NCBI GenBank assembly: GCA_002269645.1
Contig: NIVC01001521.1
Span: forward strand, 124,001-188,000
Reading direction: 5' to 3'
Length of the DNA: 64,000 nucleotides
From: Macrostomum lignano
Taxonomy: Eukaryota
Position numbers and translations under genes: made by a program. The stretch's first letter is position 1. Each line of letters starts with the position of its first letter. The notes below the pieces were generated by a model, which had not been told where the DNA came from, did not search any database, and worked only from the letters and a program-made list of their open reading frames with translations. Positions 13,115-23,684 of this stretch are shown one piece after another.

Positions 13115-13840
13115 ATATATAAGTTCTGAGTAAACTGTGGACTCTAAGGATCAGTTCTGAGTAGACTGTGGACTCTAAGGGTCAGTTCTGAGTAGACTGG
13201 ACTCTAAGGATCAGTTCTGAGTAGACTGTGGACTCTAAGGATCAGTTCTGAGTAGACTGTGGACTCTAAGGACCAGTTCTGAGTAGACTGTGGACTCTAA
13301 GGGTCAGTTCTGAGTAGACTGTGGACTCTAAGGGTCAGTTCTGAGTAGACTGTGGACTCTAAGGATCAGTTCTGAGTAGACTGTGAACTCTAAGGGTCAG
13401 TTCTGAGTAGACTGGGGACTGTAAGGATCAGTTCTGAGTAGACTGGGGACTCTGAGGATCAGTTCTGAGTAGACTGGGGACTCTAAGGACCAGTTCTGAG
13501 TAGACTGGGGACTGTAAGGATCAGTTCTGAGTAGACTGTGGACTCTAAGGATCAGTTCTGAGTAGACTGTGGACTCTAAGGACCAGTTCTGAGTAGACTG
13601 TGGACTCTAAGGGTCAGTTCTGAGTAGACTGTGGACTCTAAGGGTCAGTTCTGAGTAGACTGTGGACTCTAAGGATCAGTTCTGAGTAGACTGTGAACTC
13701 TAAGGGTCAGTTCTGAGTAGACTGGGGACTGTAAGGATCAGTTCTGAGTAGACTGGGGACTCTGAGGATCAGTTCTGAGTAGACTGGGGACTCTAAGGAT
13801 CAGTTCTGAGTAGACTGGGGACTCTAAGGATCAGTTCTGG
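13115..13840. repeat. 31-bp minisatellite (GACTCTAAGGATCAGTTCTGAGTAGACTGTG)n between TPRKB and the next ORF
   Basis: Direct periodicity, ~23 copies. Confidence 0.97.
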
Positions 13841-13910
13841 ATAATCTAGATAGCCATGACAATATGATTTTTAGCTACACTTATTCCCTAATCCCTAATC
13901 TTCGCGCAAG

Positions 13911-14675
13911 GATTCCGAAGTGTCACAACTGTGGCAACGTCACTCGCGCCAACTTGTAGACTTGGCGCTGGACTACCGCGCCACAAGCGTCAGACTGCGC
14001 TCTTCGACTCGTCAGCTGAGACAAGATTTAAAACTAGCTCTGTCCAAAGCTGATGATGAGAATAAAAGCACAAGTGAAGCTGATAGTGATCATGAATCTT
14101 ATTCTTCATCGTCCAGTTCGAGTTCAAACGAGTCTTTATCGAATAATTTAGAATCACCGGATGAGGCTGAGATCAGCAGGCTGATTCGATCTCACTCCAG
14201 GTGTCTGTCAATTGTCAATCAGTTGAGAAATTTGTCAAGCACCGCTTTGACCTTGGCTGGTCGATGTGAGGCCACTTTGAGACTGGACCAAACTGCAGTA
14301 GCCTGCTGCCCTGCACTGCCTGGCGGCAGTCTGACTAGGAATCAGCTGATTGAAGCCGCCAACTTCGTTGCTAAGGCATTTGAAGCGGATAGCAACGAAA
14401 AATCTAATCAACTGACTGTCCTGTGTCACCATGGCAACCAAAAGGCTGGCCTACTGGCTTATCACTGTTTAACTTTTAATGTGTTTAAGAGAGTGCCTCC
14501 TGCCAGCGCAGAAACTGTTGGTGAATTGTGCTTGAGAGTTGCTTTCGATTTGTCTGCTGCTTTGAGCTGCATTGCCGCTGCTGCCGACTCTAAGAAACGA
14601 AGAACTTCTGCTTCTACCCCTGTTGGTGTTGATTTATCTGCCTGCGTTGCTGCTTTTAGAAGTCTATCGCAATGA
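13911..14675 (+). CDS. 254-codon methionine-free exon, tentatively CINP-like (CDK2-interacting protein family)
   Basis: Non-repetitive stop-free frame starting at a phase-0 acceptor (CCCTAATCTTCGCGCAAG|GAT). It has a helical N-terminus, a Ser/Asp/Glu linker and PALP...LIEAANFVAKAFEADSNEK...LCHHG...LLAY, which recalls the CINP C-terminal half. Coding status is well supported; the family call is from memory and weak. Confidence 0.7.
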   Translation, partial: DSEVSQLWQRHSRQLVDLALDYRATSVRLRSSTRQLRQDLKLALSKADDENKSTSEADSDHESYSSSSSSSSNESLSNNLESPDEAEISRLIRSHSRCLSIVNQLRNLSSTALTLAGRCEATLRLDQTAVACCPALPGGSLTRNQLIEAANFVAKAFEADSNEKSNQLTVLCHHGNQKAGLLAYHCLTFNVFKRVPPASAETVGELCLRVAFDLSAALSCIAAAADSKKRRTSASTPVGVDLSACVAAFRSLSQ

Positions 14676-14849
14676 GTTTGTGCATTGTACGAGCTCACAG
14701 TCTAGTTGAAAAGTTTACAAATATATTATTTGAAAATAGTTGGTATTATAGCCAATAGTCTTGCTGAAAGATTTACGAGTTTGTGATAATGATAGTGGCT
14801 ATCGTATAGTATGACCCCAAAAGTGTTGTATAACCGTTAGTACGTCGTA

Positions 14850-15480
14850 TGATCCCATGAACCTTAAAAATATCCTAGGACCTAAAGAATATCCTAAAAT
14901 ATCCCAGGAATATCCTAGGACCTAAAGAATATCCCATGACCCTAAAGAATATCCCATGACCCCAAAGAATATTCCATGACCCCAAAGAATATCCCATGAC
15001 CCTAAAGAATATCCCATGACCCTAAAGAATATCCCATGACCCTAAAGAATATCCCATGACCCCAAAGAATATTCCATGACCCCAAAGAATATCCCATGAC
15101 CCTAAAGAATATCCCATGACCCCAAAGAATATCCCAAGACCCCAAAGAATATCCCATGACCCTTAAGGATAGTTAATGACCCTAAAGAATATCCCAAGAC
15201 CCCAAAGAATATCCTATGACCCTAAAGAATATCTCAAGACCCCAAAGAATATCCCATGACCCTAAAGAATATCCCAAAACGCCAAAGAATATCCAATGAC
15301 CATAAAGAATATCCCATGACCCTAAAGTGTATCCCAAGACGCCAAAAAATATCCAATGACCATGAAGAATATTCCATTATGAGTCTACATTATACCCCAT
15401 GACCCTAAAGAACATTCCATGAACTTAAACAATTTTTTACCCTAAGATGTATCCTATGACCCTGAAGACCTTATAACCCC
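14850..15480. repeat. 20-bp minisatellite (ATCCCATGACCCTAAAGAAT)n, degenerate at edges
   Basis: Direct periodicity. Confidence 0.95.
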
Positions 15481-15528
15481 CTGGAAAAGTGATTGCAAAA
15501 GCAGAAATCATAAAGCATTCGCCAAAAA

Positions 15529-17721
15529 ATGATACTCCAGCCAGACTCGGAATCCAACTGCGCCATCAGTGATGAGGCTGCAATTTACAGCCTCCCAGGC
15601 GCTTCATCATCTTCACCGTCAGCTCCGACCGCAGTCGCATCTCCCCTGCGCCGTCTGGCGGTTGGCGCCGCTTGCGCGGCCGGCGCCCTAGGCATGGTGT
15701 TCGCGGCGGCGCCCTTTCTGACGCCGGCGCTGAGGCGCCACGCGCTGCCGTTTGTACCGGCCACCGACAGCCAGGTGGCCAATGTGTTCAGCTTGCTCAA
15801 GAAGAATAACAGAATTACTAAGGTGCCCAGCATGCCAGTGAGACTGGTTAGTGAGCGGCCATCTACACTCATTGAAATATCACTTTAAAAAAACTTTTTT
15901 AAATGTTTTTTTATCTTCTCAAATCACTGTTAGAATCACATCATAAAAAATCGCGCCATGAAGAGTGACACCATAAATAATCATACCTTGAAGAGTCACA
16001 CCATAAAGAATAACATCAGGAAGAATCACAACTTAAAGAATAACATCAGGAAGAATCACACCATGAAGAATCACAACATGAAGAATCACACCATGAAGAA
16101 TCACACCATGAAGAATCACACCATGAAGAATCACAACATGAAGAATCACACCATGAAGAATCACATCATGAAGAATCACATCATGAAGAATCACATCATT
16201 AAGAATCACACCATGAAGAATCACACCATGAAGAATCACACCATGAAGAATCACACCATGAAGAATCACACCATGAAGAATCACATCATGAAGAATCACA
16301 CCATGAAGAATCACACCATGAAGAATCACACCATGAAGAATCACACCATGAAGAATCACACCATGAAGAATCACACCATAAAGAGTCACACCATGAAGAA
16401 TCACACTATGAAGATTCACACCATAAGGAGTCACACCATGAAGAGTCACACCATGAAGAGTCACACCATAAAGAATCACACCATGAAGAATCACATCATA
16501 AAGAGTCACACTATGAAGAATCACACCATGAAGAATCACACCATAAAGAATCACACCATGAAGAATCACACCATGAAGAGTCACACCATGAAGAATCACA
16601 TCAGGAAGAATCACATCAGGAAGAATCACACCATGAAGAATCACATCAGGAAGAATCACATCATGAAGAATCACATCATGAAGAATCACATCATGAAGAA
16701 TCACAACATGAAGAATCACACCATGAAGAATCACACCATGAAGAGTCACACTATGAAGAATCACACCATGAAGAATCACATCATGAAGAATCACACCATG
16801 AAGAACCACACCATGAAGAATCACACCATGAAGAATCACACAATAAAGAATCACAACATGAAGAATCACACTATGAAGAATCACACCATGAAGAATCACA
16901 TCATGAAGAGTCACACCATGAAGAGTCACACCATGAAGAATCACATCATGAAGAGTCACACTATGAAGAATCACATCATGAAGAATCAGATCATGAAGAG
17001 TCACAGTATGAAGAATCACACCATGAAGAGTCACACTATGAATAATCACACCATGAAGAATCACACCATGAAGAATCACACAATAAAGAATCACACAATA
17101 AAGAATCACACCATGAGAAGTCACACCATGAAGAATCACACCATGAAGAATCACATCATGAAGAATCACACCATGAAGAATCACACCATGAAGAATCACA
17201 CCATGAAGAATCACACCATGAAGAATCAACCCATAAAGAATCACACCATGAAGAATCAAACCATGAAGAGTCACACCATGAAGAACCGCTTAACTCCCTC
17301 ACACCAGATAGACCTTGGCTCCGGAGACGGTCGCATTGTACGCGAAGCGGCACTCCGCCTGTACCAAGCCACTGGTGTCGAGCTCAACTGGCCCCTGGTG
17401 CTGTACAGTCGCCTCACCTGTTCCCGTCTCAACTGCATTCATCGTCCGAAATTCCTACGAACCGACCTGCTCCGCCACTCGCTGTCCACATACGATGTTG
17501 TGGTGATATTCGGGGTGAAGTCTTTAATGAAACCCTTGCAAGCCAAGCTGGCGGCTGAGTTGCATCCAGATGCCTGCGTGGTGGCTTGTCGGTACCGACT
17601 GCCCGACTGGAGACATGTCGACCAGATTATTGACGGGGTGGACTCCGTGTGGCTGTACCGGCCACCTGCGGCTGCTGCTGCTGCTGCCAGGACTGGCGGT
17701 GCTGCGAGAGCTTGGAGTTGA
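15529..17721 (+). CDS. FAM173: FAM173-family mitochondrial protein-lysine methyltransferase (ATPSCKMT/ANTKMT-like); join(15529..15846,17308..17721), ~243 aa
   Basis: N-terminal TM segment then PFLTPALRRHALPFVPATDSQVANV. Donor CTG|GTTAGT and acceptor ACACCAG|ATA give VRLIDLGSGDGRIV (SAM motif I), then GVELNWPLV, YDVVVIFGVKSLM, ACRYRLP.W. The paralog cannot be resolved. Confidence 0.92.
15955..17285. repeat. 15-bp minisatellite (AAGAATCACACCATG)n in the FAM173 intron, ~88 copies
   Basis: Direct periodicity with substitution variants. Confidence 0.98.
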
Positions 17722-17769
17722 TGCCGGATGCTGCATCCTACTTGTTATTTTGCTGCTGTTTTTTTGAGT

Positions 17770-18915
17770 TGCCTCTCTCCCTTCTCTTCCTGCCTCTCTC
17801 CCTGCCTCTCTCCCTGCCTCTCTCCCTGCCTCTCTCCCTGTCTCTCTCCCTGTCTCTCTCCCTGTCTCTCTCCCTGCCTCTCTCCCTGCATCTCTCCCTG
17901 CCTCTCTCCCTGCCTCTCTCCCTGCCTCTCCCTGCCTCTCTCCCTGCCTCTCTCCCTGCCTCTCTCCCTGCCTCTCTCCCTGTCTCTCTCTGCCTCTCTC
18001 CCTTCTCTCCCTGCCTCTCTCCCTGCCTCTCTCCCTGCCTCTCTCCCTGCCTCTCTCCCTGCCTCTCTCCCTGTCTCTCTCCCTGCCTCTCTCCCTGTCT
18101 CTCTCTGCCTCTCTCCCTTCTCTCCCTGCCTCTCTCCCTGTCTCTCTCTGCCTCTCTCCCTTCTCTCCCTGCCTCTCTCCCTGCCTCTCTCCCTGTCTCT
18201 CTCCCTGCCTCTCTCCCTTCTCTCCCTGCCTCTCTCCCTGCCTCTCTCCCTGCCTCTCTCCCTGTCTCTCTCTGCCTCTCTCCCTTCTCTCCCTGCCTCT
18301 CTCCCTGCCTCTCTCCCTGCCTCTCTCCCTGCCTCTCTCCCTGCCTCTCTCCCTGCCTCTCTCCCTGCCTCTCTCCCTGTCTCTCTCCCTGTCTCTCTCC
18401 CTGCCTCTCTCCCTGCCTCTCTCCCTGCCTCTCTCCCTGCCTCTCTCCCTGCCTCTCTCCCTGTCTCTCTCCCTGCCTCTCTCCCTGTCTCTCTCCCTGC
18501 CTCTCTCCCTGCATCTCTCCCTGCCTCTCTCCCTGCCTCTCTCCCTGCCTCTCCCTTCTCTCCCTGCCTCTCTCCCTGCCTCTCTCCCTGCCTCTCTCCC
18601 TGCCTCTCCCTGCCTCTCTCCCTTCTCTCCCTGCCTCTCTCCCTGCCTCTCTCCCTTCTCTCCCTGCCTCTCTCTGCTTCTCTCCCTGCCTCTCTCCCTT
18701 CTCTCCCTGCCTCTCTCCCTGCCTCTCTCCCTGCCTCTCCCTGCCTCTCTCCCTTCTCTCCCTGCCTCTCTCCCTGCCTCTCTCCCTTCTCTCCCTGCCT
18801 CTCTCTGCTTCTCCCCCTACCTCTCTCTGCCTCTCTCCCTGTCTCTCTTCTTGCCTCTCCCTGCCTCTCTCCCTGCCTATCTCCCTGCCTCTCTCCCTGC
18901 TTCTCTCCCTGCCTC
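17770..18915. repeat. Pyrimidine-rich 12-bp repeat (CTCTCTCCCTGC)n downstream of the FAM173 stop
   Basis: Direct periodicity. Confidence 0.97.
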
Positions 18916-19288
18916 AATCTGCAAAGCACAAAATTCTACCATATCCCAGAGCTACATGGGCTGCAATGTCCCGTTTTTCAACCGTTAAATTAAATTTTAT
19001 AACTTCTACAAGTCATTTGTGTCTGTTTGAAAAATCTTAGTGTTTTAAATAAAAAATTCGGTTCTGAATATTTTTACTTAATCTTTAGAAGTAGCCGTGT
19101 TACTTCCGTCATTCTGATAGTAATGAATTTATGTTAGCTATTTTCTTTTAAAGATTTAGGCAAGACATAGTTGTATACACGCTAGGGCAGGTACTTCAGT
19201 ACGCAACATCCTATTTTGGTGTATAGTGAATAAATATGTACTGAAAAAAATTTGAAGGAATTAGATAGAATGTATACTATGGAAATAG

Positions 19289-19324
19289 GGACAGACAGAC
19301 AGACAGACTGGCAGGCAGGCAGGC

Positions 19325-19361
<37 letters not shown>

Positions 19362-19420
19362 GGCAGGCAGACAGACAGACAGACAGACAGATAGACAGAT
19401 AGACAGACAGACAGACACTC

Positions 19421-19471
<51 letters not shown>

Positions 19472-19492
19472 TAGACAGACAGACAGACACTC

Positions 19493-19531
<39 letters not shown>

Positions 19532-19622
19532 AAGACATACAGATAGATACAAACAGACAGACAGACAGAGACAAACAGACAGACAGACAGATACAAACAG
19601 AGAGACAGGCAGACAGACAGAC
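19289..19622. repeat. (GACA)n microsatellite upstream of KXD1
   Basis: Direct. Confidence 0.98.
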
Positions 19623-19679
19623 ACTCAGGTGTACGGTTGAACTAGGTATCACTGCAGTGCAACATCCACTTCAGACTGA

Positions 19680-20201
19680 ATGACATCGAACTCCGGCAGC
19701 AGCAGCCATGATGGTGCCACAGCAGCAGCAGCAGCAGCAGCTGATGACAGCGATGGTCAGATGTCTCCTCAGCAGAGACAGCAGCAGCTGCGCCGGCAGA
19801 CATTAGTGAATCCCCAGAGACCGGAAGCTCTCACTGGCTCATTTCTATCCATGATTGACCGGCCCTCCCTGCACGTGATCACAGTGTCTCAGACTGAGAT
19901 GCTTGAGAGATTCGAGCGGGCCAATCATATGCTGTCAAATTTCAATGAACTCTCGCTGGGACGATTTCGCCAGCTGAGTGGGGAGTTCCGGCAGCACCAG
20001 CAGACTCTGGACGAGTTGCGGAAAGATCTTGAGCTGGTGTTTAAAAGGATTAATAATATTAAACGGCTGACTGAGAGAGCTTATCCTGAGCACTATGCTG
20101 CATCTGTGGCGGCTGTGGGCGAGCTGGTACCCCTGAGTCAGGCTGCCTCTGAGCATGATCTTGCTAGCAATACTACTACTCAGTCTGCTGCTAATCAGTA
20201 G
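19680..20201 (+). CDS. KXD1: KxDL motif-containing protein 1 (BORC/BLOC-1-related), single coding exon, 173 aa
   Basis: FLSMID...SQTEMLERFERANHMLSNFNELSLGRF...LDELRKDLELVFKRI...YPE matches the KXD1 pattern. Confidence 0.92.
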   Translation: MTSNSGSSSHDGATAAAAAAADDSDGQMSPQQRQQQLRRQTLVNPQRPEALTGSFLSMIDRPSLHVITVSQTEMLERFERANHMLSNFNELSLGRFRQLSGEFRQHQQTLDELRKDLELVFKRINNIKRLTERAYPEHYAASVAAVGELVPLSQAASEHDLASNTTTQSAANQ

Positions 20202-20239
20202 TAGCTAAATGAATTCTTCAAGTTTAGGTTCAAATAAGT

Positions 20240-20470
20240 AATGATAATAATAATAATTTATTATTAAGTCTGTCCTAATTTGCAACTGAAGGCTGCGTAC
20301 GGCTATTCAGTCCAAGGACTTGTAGGTCGCCACACACCCATAATTACCCCATTTTACAGCAGGGTGAACTGGAGAAATGCATGAGTTAAGTGTCTTGCTC
20401 AAGGACACAAATTATTGTTCCTAGTGGGTCGAGAATCGTAACCCCGACCTTTCAGTCGTGGTATTGGATC
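20240..20470 (-). mobile_element. tRNA-derived CORE-type SINE, 5'-degenerate copy
   Basis: The reverse complement carries GTGTCCTTGAGCAAGACACTTAACTC...CTGTAAAATGGGG and an (ATT)-rich tail; homologous to the copies at 21412 and 63675. Confidence 0.85.
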
Positions 20471-20658
20471 ATAATTTTACCTTTATTGTGGAAGATCAAC
20501 AAAGTTTTAATTACTAGTTACATAGCTACGAAATTGACCTAAACTTGAAGCAGTCTGTCACTACTATACTGTCTTTGATTCAGTTTTTTATCATTGAAAT
20601 TTATATTCTTAAATCGGGTAAATTCGCTTACTCACACCTTTCGTTTCAAACAATATAC

Positions 20659-20690
20659 CTGACGATGCACCTTGGTGTGCGAAACGCGTC
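20659..20690 (+). ncRNA. Minimal type-I hammerhead ribozyme motif of Penelope-like element type (helix I degenerate)
   Basis: CTGACGA-TGCACC-TT-GGTGTG-C-GAAAC-GC-GTC: catalytic boxes, a pairable helix II, palindromic helix III (ACGCGT) and a GUC triplet. Confidence 0.6.
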
Positions 20691-21411
20691 GAAAAAAACC
20701 AAATGTTGATTTTCGGATTTCTTTTTATTATATTCTTAATTGAAGACTAGCTTACAGTTGCGTAAATCTTCATTAACAAGACACCTCTAGTCCTGGGGTG
20801 TCCTGCAATGACTATCCAAGAGGTTAGATGGTCGCTCGCCCGGTAGCCCTTATTTATAGGTAGCGGACGTTCACAGATAAGGTTCTCCGCATTCTCAACA
20901 CCGGATGGACCGAATTGATCCACTTTAATTAAGCAACATTGTCACACAACCGGCAAGATGCAATACTCCCCATTCTCTGAGCAGGCACTCACACAGGAGT
21001 GCACAGCGGCCCAAACTTTATCTATCTTTAAGGCATGTACACTTCACTGTGCTTTTGGGGTTTGGTCCTTAAGGGTGTTAATTGCACGAGCAGAGCCAAG
21101 CTTAACATTTTAAGGAAAAAGGCCTCCGACTGCTTGCCTTCTCGGTGGTTACAGACCCTTATTGATTTAAAGTTGATTTCTTAGAATTTTATGATTTGTT
21201 GAAAAGAAGCATATGTTGTTGTAATTGTAACTATCAGTTAACAATGGCTCCCTTATGTTTGAAATAAAATTTCTTAGAATCCGTTATATTGTTATATGTT
21301 ATACTTGTATGTTATGTAAATATAAAATTCTGTTTTATTGTTTCGTTAACTTTTTGTTGTTTATATTTTCTTATTTTCTTATTTCTACTTTCAGTAGCAT
21401 TAAAAGAATAA

Positions 21412-21655
21412 GGGGGGTTGTAGCCTAGTGGTTAGAGCTTCGAACTTACGACTTGAATGTCGGGGGTTCAATTCTCGACCTCACCGAAACAACTAGTGTC
21501 CTTGAGCAAGACACTTAACTCTGCATTGCTTCAGTTCACTCAGCTGTAAAATGGGTGCCAGCATTAGCTGGAGTAATTTAGTGTGTGTAGTGACCCCCAG
21601 ACCTTGGACTAAACAGCCGTACGCTGCCTTCAGATATGGCTATGTCGGTTGCAGT
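21412..21655 (+). mobile_element. tRNA-derived CORE-type SINE
   Basis: A box TAGCCTAGTGG and B box GGTTCAATTC, then a MIR/CORE-like block TGTCCTTGAGCAAGACACTTAACTCTG...CAGCTGTAAAATGGG. Confidence 0.88.
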
Positions 21656-21737
21656 AAGATTTTTTCAAATAATTTATGTTTAAAATGTCTCTTTATTGCA
21701 AATTCTAGTTGTTCCAGCTGTTTTTTGTGACTCACAT

Positions 21738-22321
21738 ATGACTTCGGCAAAGCAGTTTGGTGAGTCAATACCTGTGAGCAGGGACTGGTACAGCGTGTTG
21801 GGCGTCTCATCGCAAGCCGATCAATCCAGTATCAGAGCCGCATGGAAAACTGCATGTCTCAAGTATCACCCAGATAAAAACCCAGATGCTGAGGAATTTC
21901 ATCTGATTAACATGGCCTATTCTGTGCTGCGAGATGCCAACTTGAGGCGAGTGTACGATGCAGCACTGATGCTGAGCAGGCGGGAACAGGTGAATGAGCA
22001 GCTCGAGGTTGTGTTGGGGTCTGTTTGCCTTTGAATGCTTGTGAATCAATTTATCTAAGCTGGGTGGTATTCAGGTGTCAAAGGGTGTCTGGGGTGCCTG
22101 TGTGAGGAATATTGGGGTGTCTTAAACAATTGCATCAACCCCTGGCAGGACCACCCTGTTCAAGAGGAGCTCACGGTGACCGAACTACTGGACAATCAGA
22201 TGGAAGAAGATTGCACAGCCGCTTGTCTGGATGCAGCTCACGGGACTCTGCTGAGCAGCTTTCAGTGCTTTTGGGACTGCCGCTGCGGGGACCGGGTGAG
22301 TTTTCGGGGATTGGGTCTGCT

Positions 22322-22369
<48 letters not shown>

Positions 22370-22709
22370 GGCAGACAGACGGACAGGCAGACAGACAGAC
22401 AGGCAGGCAGGCAGACAGACAGGCAGGCAGGCAGACAGACAGGCAGGCAGACAGACAGGCAGGCAGGCAGAAAGGCAGACAGACAGACAGGCAGGCAGGC
22501 AGGCAGAAAGGCAGACAGACAGACAGGCAGAAAGGCAGACAGACAGGCAGGCAGGCAGAAAGGCAGACAGACAGGCAGGCAGGCAGAAAGGCAGACAGAC
22601 AGACAGGCAGGCAGACAGACATGCAGAAAGACAGACAGACAGACAGTCAGAAAGGCAGACAGTCAGACAGGCAGGCAGAAATGCAGACAGAGAGACAGAC
22701 AGACAGACA

Positions 22710-22746
<37 letters not shown>

Positions 22747-22855
22747 ACAGACAGACAGACGACAGACAGACAGACAGACAGGAAGGCAGAAAGGCAGACA
22801 GAGAGACAGGAAGGCAGAAAGGCAGACAGACAGACAGGCAGGCAGAAATGCAGAC

Positions 22856-22921
<66 letters not shown>

Positions 22922-23210
22922 ACACACAGACAGGAAGGCAGAAAGGCAGACAGACAGACAGACAGACAGACAGACAGGAAGGCAGACAGACAGACAGGTA
23001 GGCAGAAAGGCAGACAACTCACAACAGCCACCCGCAATTGCACAGGTGGGTATTCACGCAGCCCAGCTGCTGTCCCGCTTGCCACTGCTGCAGTGCCAGA
23101 CCTGCTCCCTGTGTTTGCGAATATTGTACGACGAATCCGAGCCTCGAACTCGCGACCTCCTGGCCAGATTGGCTGCCGAAGCGGAGCCGATCCAGCAAGA
23201 AGCGGACTGA
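21738..23210 (+). CDS. DNAJC24: DnaJ homolog subfamily C member 24 (DPH4); join(21738..21989,22149..22295,23046..23210), ~187 aa
   Basis: J domain with YHPDK, then a CSL zinc finger (CRCG...CQTCSL) reconstituted across intron 2; all junctions GT-AG and phase 0. Confidence 0.92.
22322..23015. repeat. (GACA/GGCA)n compound microsatellite in DNAJC24 intron 2
   Basis: Direct. Confidence 0.98.
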
Positions 23211-23684
23211 GTTGCTTGGTTAAATAATGACTTGTCAATCAAGCCCAAGTCGCTTAAAAATGCGAGTTAAATATATTCACATACATGTATTGTACGGTTT
23301 TAATAGCATTTATAACCAAACTTGGTCAAAGAAGATTCTAAAACTTAAATTTATTTGGTTTTATATATATTTAACAAGCTGTTGAAACCCGCGGAATTTG
23401 AACCCGGGGAATTCCAATCCCCGGAACTATTTTTGCATGTATTCTGAAATCTGAGCTTATACTGAAACAAAAACTTGTTATAGTTAGTAGGATAGAGGTA
23501 AACAAAATGGAGTACATTCGCGTGAAATTAGGATTTGAAGCAAACATTGATCTTGTTGGCTGGGGTGCTTTTTACTTTAAATAGGCAGTTAATGTCTGTC
23601 TGACTCTAAAACATGTATTGGCAAACTCTGGCCTCTGCCTCTGACTCTCACTACGTCCCTTGGATTCTTTAAAACTTCTATCTT

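Noticed and set aside
14425-14438. Perfect X-box GTCACCATGGCAAC
   Set aside because: Lies mid-CDS (encodes CHHGN), far from any likely TSS; probably coincidental.
17649-19040. Long ORFs such as (SLPL)n, (GERQ)n; likewise (SVCL)n, (QTDR)n, poly-S/V/L/T, (LSIY)n, (HPL)n and (VGVFSPTLPDAS)n elsewhere
   Set aside because: All are stop-free translations of micro- or minisatellites lying in introns or UTRs defined by clean splice junctions.
21412-21490. tRNA gene (also at 63675)
   Set aside because: A and B boxes are present, but the anticodon arm is irregular and the sequence continues into a SINE body shared by three copies.
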